Assembly (NCBI GenBank): GCA_963771355.1
Contig: CAVYTA010000006.1
Coordinates: 1,824,001 to 1,888,000 of the forward strand
Length of the DNA stretch: 64,000 nucleotides
Direction of reading: 5' to 3'
DNA from: an uncultured Candidatus Rokubacteria bacterium
GTDB lineage: Bacteria > Methylomirabilota > Methylomirabilia > Rokubacteriales > CSP1-6
The notes under the pieces are model-generated. The model made no database searches and was not told the origin of the DNA. It worked only from the letters and a program-made list of their open reading frames with translations. Below are positions 1 to 9,077 of this stretch, piece after piece. Position 1 is the first letter of the stretch. Each line of letters opens with the position of its first letter. Made by a program: the position numbers and the translations under genes.

Positions 1-326
1 TCCTCGCGGAAGCTCACCAGCAGCACCGCGAGGCCCTTCTTCTCGAGCTCAGCGTAGAGCCGATTGACGGGAGGCAACTCCTCCCGGCAAGTCGTTCACC
101 AGGTGGCCCAGAAGAAGACGAGGGTGACCTTGCCACGCAAATCGGCCAGCGCCACCGGTCGCCCGTCGAGATCGGGCAGGCTGAACTCCGGCGCGGGCTT
201 GGGCGGCTCATAGGGCACTGCCTTGAACGACGCCCAGTCGGGCCCGGCGGCGGTTGCCGGCGGGGCGGCGGCCGCAAGGCCCAGCAAGAGGCCGATGATC
301 AGGCCCCACCGGGGGCCCGACATCAT
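1..326 (-). CDS. TlpA/ResA-like thioredoxin-fold redoxin, predicted selenoprotein (UxxC), signal peptide; 3' end runs off the window
   Basis: ATG at 326 overlaps the upstream stop (ATGA). Reads [20 protein letters not shown]...[35 protein letters not shown](98-96)[31 protein letters not shown]; the frame stays open and TlpA-like after the TGA, which sits at the first Cys of WATWCxxC. Confidence 0.9.
61..94 (-). promoter_or_regulatory. Putative bacterial SECIS hairpin
   Basis: Immediately 3' of the UGA: CGA-C-UUG-C-CGGGAGG[AGUUG]CCUCCCG-U-CAA-UCG. Perfect 7-bp upper stem; loop starts 17 nt after the UGA with G at loop position 2. Confidence 0.7.
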
Positions 327-874
327 GCGCCCGAATCCTTGAGCGCCTTGAGCACCTCCTCGGGCTTGAGGAGATCGAGGGCATTGGTCTGGATCTTCAT
401 GTAGCGGACCACCCCGTCCTTGTCGAGGATGAAGTAGGCGCGCTTCGCGTACCGGAAGATGGGGCTCTTGTCGTCGGTGACGAGGGCGTCGTACGCGGGC
501 AGCATCTGTCGGCGGAAGTCGGAGAGCAGTAGGTGCTTCGTCTTGTTGGCGTTCGCGAAAGCTTCGAGAGTGGCGGCGTGGTCGGCGCTGACGCCCACGA
601 CCTGGGCGTTGGCGGCCTCGAAGGCGGGGAGAGTCGCCTCGAAGCCGTTGATCTCCTCCGTTCAGGTCTTGGTGAAGGCCTGGATGAAGGTGTAGAGCAC
701 CACCGGTCCCTTGCCGAGCAGGTCCGAGAGCTTGACCGTCTTGCCTCCGGGCGCCGCCAGGGTGAAGTCCGGCGCCTTCTGACCGACCTCGAGGGCGGGC
801 GCGGCGGTGACCAGCCCGAGGACGAGCGCTCCTGCCGCGAGCGAGATGCCGAGCGTGGTGAACACGGACTTCAT
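323..874 (-). CDS. Peroxiredoxin (AhpC/TSA, BCP/AhpE-like), predicted selenoprotein (TxxU), signal peptide
   Basis: CAGGAGG RBS, ATG 874, [39 protein letters not shown]...[15 protein letters not shown](664-662)[27 protein letters not shown]...[16 protein letters not shown]. The TGA is in frame with ORF 323..598 and occupies the peroxidatic Cys position. Confidence 0.9.
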
Positions 875-933
875 GTGAACCTCCTGGTGAGCTGCGGGGT
901 GAAGGAAGCGGCCGTACCCGCTGCCGCGTCCCG

Positions 934-1509
934 TCAAGGAACCCAGTAGCCGCTGATCCAGTACGGCTGGTAGTAGCCGCTTTGCACGACCTGGGCCGCG
1001 TGATAGCCCGCCACCCAGACGCCGTCCTTGTCGTAGTACCCCGGCACCCAGACGCTGGTGGCCTGGCCCTGTGGAACCCAGGTATAGGCCCAGTAGCCGG
1101 GGACCCAGTGGCCATAGGAGGGGGACGTGACATACGGGACCGCGAGAGCGGGAGGCGCCCAGAGGAATGGCTTCTGGGCATGCGGCACGTGGTTGAAGGA
1201 CCCGCTGTGGTTGAAGGGCGCGCTGTAGAAGAACCGCGGTTGATGCACGACATTGGGAGGAGTGCTGACCACCGTCGGGGGGGCGGGCCGGAAGTGGGGC
1301 CGGTGATGCCCCGAGGGTCCCGCGCTCCCGCCCGGGGAAGGCGATCCGCCGCCCATCCGCAGCGTCTGAGCCGAGGCCGGCGCCGCGCCCAGGCCCAGGC
1401 TGCCCACCCACAGGGTCGCGAGCAGGGCGAGGGCCGAGAGGGCCATGGTGGTGAATGGGGCGGGCGGGTGAGCGCCTCGGCCTGGCGCGATCGCGATCGG
1501 CTGACTCAT
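934..1509 (-). CDS. Secreted Pro/Trp/Tyr-rich protein with WxxGxW-type repeats
   Basis: Hydrophobic signal peptide, low-complexity linker, then repeated WVPGYW/WVPGYY/WVAGYH/WISGYW motifs. Confidence 0.7.
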   Translation of the reverse strand: MSQPIAIAPGRGAHPPAPFTTMALSALALLATLWVGSLGLGAAPASAQTLRMGGGSPSPGGSAGPSGHHRPHFRPAPPTVVSTPPNVVHQPRFFYSAPFNHSGSFNHVPHAQKPFLWAPPALAVPYVTSPSYGHWVPGYWAYTWVPQGQATSVWVPGYYDKDGVWVAGYHAAQVVQSGYYQPYWISGYWVP

Positions 1510-1558
1510 CGCGCTCTCCTTCCCCGCGTAACGCGGCGGGGGACCGTCAGGTTCCCCG

Positions 1559-3331
1559 CTAGCCCGGGATCTCGCCGGGCGCCTTCTGAAGGTCCCGGAT
1601 CAGTCTGGAGTCTACCGCATAGACGGTTGGCGAGGTCTTGAGCTTCACGTAGGTCTGCGGCCCCTCGGACTTGCCCACCAGGAGGCCCGCGATCTCGCCA
1701 CCGTCGGCCTTGAGGAGGGTGACTTCCAGCTCGGGCTTGTCGAGACCGAAGCGCGCCACGTCGTCGCCCTTGGGGGAGACGATGGACTTCCAGCGCAGCG
1801 CCTTGAGCGAGAGGAGGAGATCGGCCACCCGCCGCTCCTTGGTGCCACCGCGCTTGGGCTCCACCACCTGCCAGTCGCTCTCTCCCTTACGCTCGACGAC
1901 GAGGGGGGCACCGCCGGACACCACGCGCGCCCGCTTGACGTCGCTCATCTCGAAGGCGGGGAGGAGGCTCTTGTCGCGGAGGTCGTCGGCCCCACGCGCG
2001 AGGTCGTCGAGGACCTTGCCGTCCACCAGGACCACGGGGCCACGTCCCTCCACCGCCGCCAGCGCGGCGGGTTGCCCGCCGCGCGTCTCTCGCGACGCGG
2101 CCAGGAGGAGGACTTGGGGCTCCTTGGCCCCTTCCTCCCACAATCGCACTGTCACCTCGGGCTTCGGCAGGAGGCGCGGAATGGCCGCCGCGTCCTCGGC
2201 GAGGAATCCACTGGCGCGCAGGTCGCGGATCCTCCACAGCACGCCGTTGACGGCCCCGGTGTCGGCCTTGAGGGCCTCCGGGGCGGTGATCTTCCAGCCG
2301 ATCCCGTCGCGCTCGAGCGTGAGGGGACCGCGCGGCCCCGCGAGCTCCACCCGGCTGACCTTGTCGTACTGATACGCGAGGACCACCTTGTCGCGGAGCA
2401 CGCCCATCGTCTTGGGGACCGCGGCCCAGAGCTCTTCGCCCACCAGCATGACGCCGGGCTCCCCGGAGCGCATCACGTAGACGCCCTTCTTGCCCTTGTC
2501 CTCCCGGCCGAACAGGAGACTTCGCGACGCCCGCTCCTTGTCCTTGCCGATCCACAGGGTGACCGTGGTGGGATGATCGAGGCCGTAAGGCGCCAGCGAC
2601 CGCGGCGCATCCTCCACGAACTCCTTGGCCTTGGCTCCATCGAGCTTCTCGAGGAAGTCGGCCACCACGTCGGGATCGGCGGGCAGGACGCGCGGCTTGG
2701 TGAGGCGCCACTTCCCCGCTTCCGCGCTCTCCAGCGTGAGTGCTTCTCCAGAGAGCTGTAGGTCCACCTGCCCCACCCCCTTGCGGTCGAAGGCGAGCAC
2801 GGTGCGGTCACGCAGCTCGGTCACCGGCTTGGCGAGGTCGCGGGCCACGACCTCGGACAGGGCGACCACCGCCGGCTTGCCCGACTCCTTGGCGAAGAGC
2901 CAGGCGCCGGTCGGGCTCTTGGCGCCCACCAGCAGCGCCAGCGGCGCGCGCCCCTTCACTTCCAGCGTCACCTCGATCTCGGGCGGCGCCAGCCCGAACT
3001 CGTCGAGCTTTCCGGGCGTCGCGGCCACCTCGCGGTCCACCCGCGCGGTGACCAGCGTGGTGACGATGCCGTCGACCGCGCCGCGGTCGGCGCGCGTCTT
3101 CACCGGCTCGAGCAGCTCCCAGCCCGTGTCGGTGCGCCGGATCCGCACCGTCTCCCCCTTGCGCTTGACGGTCAGGGACTCGACATCCTTGGGCTCCACC
3201 TCCCAGAGGCGGCCCTTGACGGAGTCCTTCTTCTCGCGGGCGGGCTCGAGCCAGTAGGTGTCGTAGTAGAAGAAGCCGCCGAGCCCCGCGACGAGGAGGG
3301 CGAGCACGACGAGAGTCTTCCCGCTCATCAT
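1559..3331 (-). CDS. DUF4340 domain protein (three tandem repeats), Gld-type ABC accessory
   Basis: N-terminal TM anchor; three repeats each containing a (F/Y)GLxxP-like motif and ending in LRD; directly downstream of gldAFG-like genes. Confidence 0.85.
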   Translation of the reverse strand: MMSGKTLVVLALLVAGLGGFFYYDTYWLEPAREKKDSVKGRLWEVEPKDVESLTVKRKGETVRIRRTDTGWELLEPVKTRADRGAVDGIVTTLVTARVDREVAATPGKLDEFGLAPPEIEVTLEVKGRAPLALLVGAKSPTGAWLFAKESGKPAVVALSEVVARDLAKPVTELRDRTVLAFDRKGVGQVDLQLSGEALTLESAEAGKWRLTKPRVLPADPDVVADFLEKLDGAKAKEFVEDAPRSLAPYGLDHPTTVTLWIGKDKERASRSLLFGREDKGKKGVYVMRSGEPGVMLVGEELWAAVPKTMGVLRDKVVLAYQYDKVSRVELAGPRGPLTLERDGIGWKITAPEALKADTGAVNGVLWRIRDLRASGFLAEDAAAIPRLLPKPEVTVRLWEEGAKEPQVLLLAASRETRGGQPAALAAVEGRGPVVLVDGKVLDDLARGADDLRDKSLLPAFEMSDVKRARVVSGGAPLVVERKGESDWQVVEPKRGGTKERRVADLLLSLKALRWKSIVSPKGDDVARFGLDKPELEVTLLKADGGEIAGLLVGKSEGPQTYVKLKTSPTVYAVDSRLIRDLQKAPGEIPG

Positions 3332-3340
3332 CCGGGTCGG

Positions 3341-4995
3341 CTACCTCGAGCGGCGGCGGCGGCCGACGACGGCGAGTATCCCCACGAGGACGACGGCCCC
3401 GGGCAGGATGGCGACCGGGAGCCACAGGACGAGCTCGGCCTGGGGCGGCGACAGCACGATGGGATTCGACTTCGTGTCGCGCGCGCGCACGGAGATCTGG
3501 CTCTCGTCCTCGGCCAGCCACGAGACCACGTTCAGGAAGAAATCGCGGTTGCCCTGGGCGCCCAGGAACTGGTTGGACGCGAGGTTCGCGGTGCCGATCA
3601 CCACCAGGCGCGCCTTGGCGGGCTTCTTGGCGGCGTCGGGGGCGTCGCCGTCCTTGGGAGCGGCGGGGGGGCGGCGGGCGCGGCCGGGGCGCCCGGAGTG
3701 GCGGCCGCCGGCGTGGGCGTCGCCGCGTCCACGATGGCGACGGCGGCCACCGGCAGCGGCCCCGGCTTATCGGATGGGTCGGCCTTGGCCTCACCGCGCT
3801 GCAGCGCGTTCTTGTCCGTCTCTCCCCACGACTGCGCGCTGGTCCGCGCCAGTGCCTGGACGGTGGTGCCCTTGGCGGGGGCCTTGGTCACGTCGACCGA
3901 GCGCGAGAGCGGGAACAAGGTCATGAGCCCGCCCAGGTCCCGCGTGATCGGGTGCGGCTCGTACTGGGTGACCACCGGGACCTCGGGGCCGAGCCCGAAG
4001 GCGCGCCCGATGGGGTTGAGCTCGACCACGAGGTCGTCCCCCACCTCGAACCCGTACCGGGCGAGGTACTTGCGCAGCCCATCGGCCTGGAAGGGCGCGA
4101 GCATGAAGAAGGCCTTGCCTCCCCCGCCGATGAAGCCGTCCAGCGCCGCCAGCTCGGGGGCCAGCAGATCGGTCTTGGGCCCCGCCACGATGATGATGGC
4201 GGCGTCCGCGGGCACGGTGGGGTCGCGCGCGAGGGTGAGCTCCTTCACCTCGTAGTTGGCCTTCTCCATCTGCTCCTTGGCCTGGCTGAACCCGGGACGC
4301 TCGGTATTGGCGGCATCGCTCTCGCCGTGTCCCTTGAGGAGATAGATCACGCGCTTGGCGTCGCGGGTGAGCTTGAGCAGGCCGTTGGTGATGCGCTCCT
4401 CGTCGGCGTCGAGCACTTTCTCGGACTTGGCGGCACCCTTGTCACCCACCTTGTCGCGGCGCTCGAGGATGACGGTGCCGTAGGTGTCCACCCCGTAGCG
4501 CTGGGCGAGGCCGGGCGAGCGATCCGGGTCCTCCATGCGCCACGTGAACTTGCCGTTCGAGTAGGAGGCGTAGAGCTTGAGGAGGTCCTCGGCGGTACGC
4601 CGGCCGGGAGTGTCGCCGCGGAAGAAGGCGATGGCCTCCACTGGACCGGGCAGCGAGCCCAGGACCTTGATGCTCTGCGGCGAGAGGCTCTGGCGGCGGT
4701 TCTCGGTGAGATCCCACCGGGCATTGTGGCGCACGGAGAGCGCGTTGGCGAGGACGGCGACCCCGAGGGCCAGCACGATCAGCACCGCCGCCCCCGCGCC
4801 GTAGCGCGCCGCCCGCCGCCCGGAGGCCGCGCGGAGGGCGCCCGCGTTCAGGACGAGAGAAGTCAGGAGCAGCAGGCCGCCGGCGATGAGCAGCGCCCAC
4901 CGGAAGCGGGTGAGCCAGGGCACCAGGCGCCAGACGGCCAGGGAGCCGACCAGGCACACCAGCGCGGCGGGGAAGACCCAGCGTCGGAGGCTCAC
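3341..4995 (-). pseudogene. GldG-like ABC transporter auxiliary component, split by a 1-nt frameshift (possibly a sequencing error)
   Basis: ORF 3598..4995 has RWDLTENRRQSLS and IYLLKGHGE motifs. The C-terminus (ARLVVIGTANLASNQFL...GNRDFFLNVVSWL + TM) continues in another frame after the C7 run at 3665-3671. Confidence 0.8.
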
Positions 4996-4999
4996 CGGA

Positions 5000-5767
5000 C
5001 TATCCCCTCCACCGCTTCGCGTCGAGCGCCCGGAGGGTGAGGAAGAGCGCGAAGGCCGTCACCGTGAGGTAATAGACGATGTCCTTGGTGTCGAGAACAC
5101 CCTTCCCGAAGCTGTCCATGTGCTCGATGATCGAGAGGTACTGCAACACCGTGCGCACCCAGCCTCCCGCCGCGTCCGCGCCCCACCCGATGAGCCAGAA
5201 GCCCAGCAGCGCGCCGAAGGTGGCGGAGCCGGCCACGATCTGGTTCTCGGTGAGCGAGGAGATGAAGACACCCACCGCGAGAAATGCGGCGCCGAGCAGG
5301 AAGAGACCGAGATAGCCGGTGAGGATGGCGCCCCACTCGATGCGCCCGAAGGCGGCCATGAGGCCCGGATAGGTGAGGGTGAGGAGGAGCAGGAGGCCGT
5401 AGACCGCGCCGGCGGCGAGGAACTTGCCCGCCAGCACCTCGCCGTCACGCACCGGATAGGTCAGCAGCAGCTCGATGGTGCCGGATTTCTTCTCCTCGGC
5501 GAAGAGCCGCATGGTGAGCATGGGCATGAAGAAGAGCAGGACCACGCTCATGTTGGAGAAGAGCGGCCGCATGACGTTCTCGGTGGGATTGAGGTTCTGC
5601 GCCGCCCCCGGCTGCATGAACGCGCGCATGGACAGCTCGCTGTAGATGAGGAAGATCTGCGCGAACATCCAGCCCGTCACCAGGAGGAACAGCGCGAGGA
5701 AGGCATACGCCACCGGCGAGCCGAAGTACAACCGCATCTCCTTCTTGAAGATGGGCAGCCAGCGCAT
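5000..5767 (-). CDS. ABC-2 type permease (GldF-like)
   Basis: KEMRLYFGSPVAY and PMLTMRLFAEEKKSGTIELLLTYP motifs; about 6 TM helices. Confidence 0.92.
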   Translation of the reverse strand: MRWLPIFKKEMRLYFGSPVAYAFLALFLLVTGWMFAQIFLIYSELSMRAFMQPGAAQNLNPTENVMRPLFSNMSVVLLFFMPMLTMRLFAEEKKSGTIELLLTYPVRDGEVLAGKFLAAGAVYGLLLLLTLTYPGLMAAFGRIEWGAILTGYLGLFLLGAAFLAVGVFISSLTENQIVAGSATFGALLGFWLIGWGADAAGGWVRTVLQYLSIIEHMDSFGKGVLDTKDIVYYLTVTAFALFLTLRALDAKRWRG

Positions 5768-6768
5768 CAGGCGGTCGCCCCCGGCGCCGGTGCGGCCGAG
5801 GCCCCCAGGTCAGGGACCGCGGCGACCTCGCCGTGCTCCTCGCCGGCGACGACCCGGATGAAGACCTCCTCGAGGCTCATGCCGACCTGATGGAGCTCGA
5901 GCAGGCGCCACCCCCGCGCGGCCACCAGCTGGACCACCTCGCCCCGCACATCGCGCCCCCGCGGCGACTCCACCAGGAACCGCCCGGTGCCGTCCGCCCC
6001 GGAGAGATCCTCCACGCGGAGGATCCCGCCGATGCCGCGGAGGGCCGCTCCCACCGCCTCGCGCGGAGCGCCGATCTCGATCTCGATGCGCGCGGTCGGG
6101 AACACCTGCTCCACGAGCTGCGCCTGAGTGCCCTGGGCCACCACGCGGCCGCGATTGATGATCACCACCCCGTCGCAGACCATCGAGACCTCGGGAAGGA
6201 TGTGGGTCGAGAGGATGACGGTGTGCTGGCCGGCCAGGGACCGGATGAGGGCGCGGATCTCGGCGATCTGCTGCGGGTCGAGGCCGATGGTGGGCTCGTC
6301 GAGGATCAGCACCTCGGGGTCACCCAGCAGCGCCTGGGCCAGGCCCACCCGCTGACGATAGCCCTTGGAGAGCTTGCTGATGAGGCGGCGCTGCATATCG
6401 GTGATGAAGCAGCGGGCCATCACGTCGGCCACCCGCGCCTTGCGCTCGCCACGCGACACGCCCTTGATCTCGGCCACGAACTCCAGATAGGAGCCGACCG
6501 CCAGGTCTCCGTACAGGGGCGCGTGCTCGGGCAGGTACCCGATGCGGCGGCGCACCTCCATGGACTGGGAGAACACGTCGAAGCCCGCCACCCGCGCGCT
6601 ACCGCCCGAGGCCGGCATGAAGCACGAGAGGATTTTCATGGTTGTGGACTTTCCGGCACCATTGGGGCCCAGAAAACCGACGATCTGGCCTTTGTCCACG
6701 TTGAAGGACACGTCCGACACGGCCGTGATGAGGCCATATCGCTTGGTCAGGTGGTCGACTTGGATCAT
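5767..6768 (-). CDS. ABC transporter ATP-binding protein (GldA-like)
   Basis: True start MIQVDHLTKRYG at 6768; Walker A GPNGAGKST, signature LSKGYRQR, Walker B LILDEP. Confidence 0.95.
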   Translation of the reverse strand: MIQVDHLTKRYGLITAVSDVSFNVDKGQIVGFLGPNGAGKSTTMKILSCFMPASGGSARVAGFDVFSQSMEVRRRIGYLPEHAPLYGDLAVGSYLEFVAEIKGVSRGERKARVADVMARCFITDMQRRLISKLSKGYRQRVGLAQALLGDPEVLILDEPTIGLDPQQIAEIRALIRSLAGQHTVILSTHILPEVSMVCDGVVIINRGRVVAQGTQAQLVEQVFPTARIEIEIGAPREAVGAALRGIGGILRVEDLSGADGTGRFLVESPRGRDVRGEVVQLVAARGWRLLELHQVGMSLEEVFIRVVAGEEHGEVAAVPDLGASAAPAPGATA

Positions 6769-6800
6769 GGGGGGGTTCGTTTGGCTCGCGCGCGACCGCC

Positions 6801-6809
6801 AGTATACCA
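6801..6809 (-). promoter_or_regulatory. Extended -10 promoter element (TG-G-TATACT) upstream of the ABC operon
   Basis: Minus strand reads atggtatact about 33 nt upstream of ATG 6768. Confidence 0.5.
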
Positions 6810-6891
6810 TACGGTCCGCGGAGTTCCGGGGGCCCCCTCCTCGCGCTGGCATCAATTCCGCCCTCGTGAGAAAATAGGCACGGTGACGGAG

Positions 6892-9027
6892 ATGACCCGG
6901 ATACTCCGGTCTAGCCTCCGCTCGCGGCTGCTCCTGCTGGTGCTCCTGGCGCTCTTGCCGGCGCTCGTGCTCATCCTCATCACGGCCTGGGAGCAGCGCC
7001 AGCTCGCGGCGGTTGACGCGCAGGAGAGTGCTCTGCGTCTCGCCCGGGTGGCCGCGTCGAACCAGGAGCGGCTGATCGAGGGCGCGCGCTCCCTGCTCAT
7101 CGGACTCGCCCAGATCCCCGCCGCCCCGCCGGGCAAGACCAGCGCCTGCGGCCCCCTGCTCACCGATCTCCGCAATCGCTTCCCGGTCTACGTGAACCTG
7201 AGCACGACCAATGCCGCCGGGGATATCACCTGTAGTGCCGTGCCCCTGCGGTCCCCCGTCAACGTGGCGGACCAGCCCTATTTCCTCCGCGCGCGCGCCA
7301 CCCACGACTTCGTGGTGTCGGGCTACGTGATGGAGCCCGTCACCGGCAGCCCCGCCCTTATCCTCGCCTGGCCCGCGCTGGGGCCCACCGGCGAGGTGCG
7401 CTCGGTGCTCTTTGCCAGCCTGGACCTCGGCTCGATCCACCAGCTCGCCGAGCGCGCGCGCCTGCCGCTCAACTCCTCGTTCGTGGTCACCGACGCCAGC
7501 GGCATCATCCTCGCCGGATACCCGGAATCGGAGCGTCTGGTGGGCCAGCCCATACCGGAGTCGGAGGTGGCTCAGGCCATCCGGGCGCAGCAGAGCGAGG
7601 CCAAGATCACGGTGGAGTCGCTCAACAGCAGCAACGCCCGCCTGTTCGCCTTCACCGCGGTGGGCGGCGTTCCGCCCGCCGACCGGCTGTATGTCTCCGT
7701 GGGGATCTCCCGCGCGGTGGCGTTCACCGAGGCCGACCGCACGCTGCTCCGCAACCTGCTGTCGCTGGGGCTGGTGGGCGCGGTGGCGCTCGGGGTGGCG
7801 GCCATCGTCGGCCACCTGCTCATCATCCGACGGCTGCGCGAGGTGGTCCGGACCGCCGAGCTCGTGCGCGCCGGCGACCTGTCCGCGCGCGCGGAAGTGG
7901 ACGGGACCGACGAGATCGCGGTGATGGGCCGGGCCTTCAACGCCATGGCGGAGCGGCTCTCGGCCATGGTCAAGGCCGAGCAGGAGACGCGCGAGGGCCT
8001 CGCCGAGCGCGTGAACGAGCTCGATCACATCAACCGCCTGGGCGAGCTGCTGCAGGCCTGCTTCACGCTGCCAGAGGCCTACGCGGTGGTCGAGCGCGAG
8101 CTGCGCGAGCTCTTCCGCGGCGAGACGGGCGCGGTGTTCTCCTGCAGCTCCTCGCGCAATCTCATCGAGGCGGTGGCGCGCTGGGGTCCCGGCCCCCAGA
8201 ACAGCGCGGGCGTGTTCGCCATCGAGGAGTGCTGGGCCCTCCGCGGGGGGCGCGCGCACGTGGTGGAGGACATCCGCTCCGGGCCGGTCTGCACGCATCT
8301 GCCCTCGCCCCCGCCCGGCGCCTATCTCTGCACGCCGCTGGTGGCGCAGGGCGACGCCCTCGGCGTGCTCTACGTGGGCTTCCTCGCCCGCGGCCCGCTC
8401 GCCCCGGTACCGCTCACCGAGGCCAAGCGGCGCCTCGCCGCCGCGGTGGGCGAGCAGGTGGCGCTGGGTCTGGCCAACGTGAAGCTCCGCGAGGTGCTGC
8501 GCAGCCAGTCCATCCGCGATTCCCTCACCGGGCTCTTCAACCGCCGGTACATGGAGGAGACGCTGGAGCGTGAGGTGCGCCGCGCCCAGCGCGCGGGCCG
8601 GCCCATGGCCGTGCTCATGCTGGACCTCGACCACTTCAAGCGCCTCAACGACGACTTCGACCACGACGCCGGCGACGCGCTCCTGCGCGAGCTGGGCGCC
8701 CTCCTCATGCGGAACCTGCGGCGCGAGGACGTCGCCTGCCGGTACGGCGGCGAGGAGTTCGTGCTGGTGCTGCCGGAGGCCTCGCTGGCGGACGCGGAGC
8801 GGCGGGCGGAGGAGCTGCGGGATGAGATCAAGCGGCTGCGTGTGTCGGACAAGGGCCGGCTCCTAGGCCCCCTCACCGCCTCCTTCGGGCTGGCCGCCTA
8901 CCCCGAGCACGGCCTTGCCGGTGACGTGCTGCTCCACGCCGCCGACACCGCGCTGTACCGGGCCAAGCGCGAGGGCCGCGACCGCGTGATGGTGGCGGTC
9001 CCGGCCGAGGTCCCGGGCTCGCGGTAG
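6892..9027 (+). CDS. Membrane diguanylate cyclase (Cache-HAMP-GAF-GGDEF)
   Basis: Two TM helices flanking a periplasmic Cache-like domain, HAMP (GDLSAR...DEIAVMGRAFNAM), GAF-like CWALRGG segment, DLDHFK, I-site RRED and GGEEF. Confidence 0.93.
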   Translation: MTRILRSSLRSRLLLLVLLALLPALVLILITAWEQRQLAAVDAQESALRLARVAASNQERLIEGARSLLIGLAQIPAAPPGKTSACGPLLTDLRNRFPVYVNLSTTNAAGDITCSAVPLRSPVNVADQPYFLRARATHDFVVSGYVMEPVTGSPALILAWPALGPTGEVRSVLFASLDLGSIHQLAERARLPLNSSFVVTDASGIILAGYPESERLVGQPIPESEVAQAIRAQQSEAKITVESLNSSNARLFAFTAVGGVPPADRLYVSVGISRAVAFTEADRTLLRNLLSLGLVGAVALGVAAIVGHLLIIRRLREVVRTAELVRAGDLSARAEVDGTDEIAVMGRAFNAMAERLSAMVKAEQETREGLAERVNELDHINRLGELLQACFTLPEAYAVVERELRELFRGETGAVFSCSSSRNLIEAVARWGPGPQNSAGVFAIEECWALRGGRAHVVEDIRSGPVCTHLPSPPPGAYLCTPLVAQGDALGVLYVGFLARGPLAPVPLTEAKRRLAAAVGEQVALGLANVKLREVLRSQSIRDSLTGLFNRRYMEETLEREVRRAQRAGRPMAVLMLDLDHFKRLNDDFDHDAGDALLRELGALLMRNLRREDVACRYGGEEFVLVLPEASLADAERRAEELRDEIKRLRVSDKGRLLGPLTASFGLAAYPEHGLAGDVLLHAADTALYRAKREGRDRVMVAVPAEVPGSR

Positions 9028-9077
9028 GTTACCCGCGACGGCGCCCCCCTGCGTAGAACAGGCCCCCTCGAGGCCCC

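Noticed and set aside
96..664. Genome-wide TGA reassignment (code 4/25) as the explanation for the in-frame TGAs
   Set aside because: Many genes here end normally at TGA (gcvH, gcvPA, hom, lysC, ltaE) with ATGA/GTGA coupling; read-through is seen only at redox Cys positions.
8620..8680. Degenerate GGDEF domain (DH instead of GH in NDxxGH)
   Set aside because: Metal-binding Asp, Asn, GGEEF and the substrate Lys/Arg residues are retained; a single substitution is insufficient to call it inactive.
5767..9027. Apparent 965-aa and 1064-aa overlapping fusion ORFs
   Set aside because: Stop-free extensions upstream of the real starts (6768 on the minus strand, 6892 on the plus strand); these are two divergent genes.
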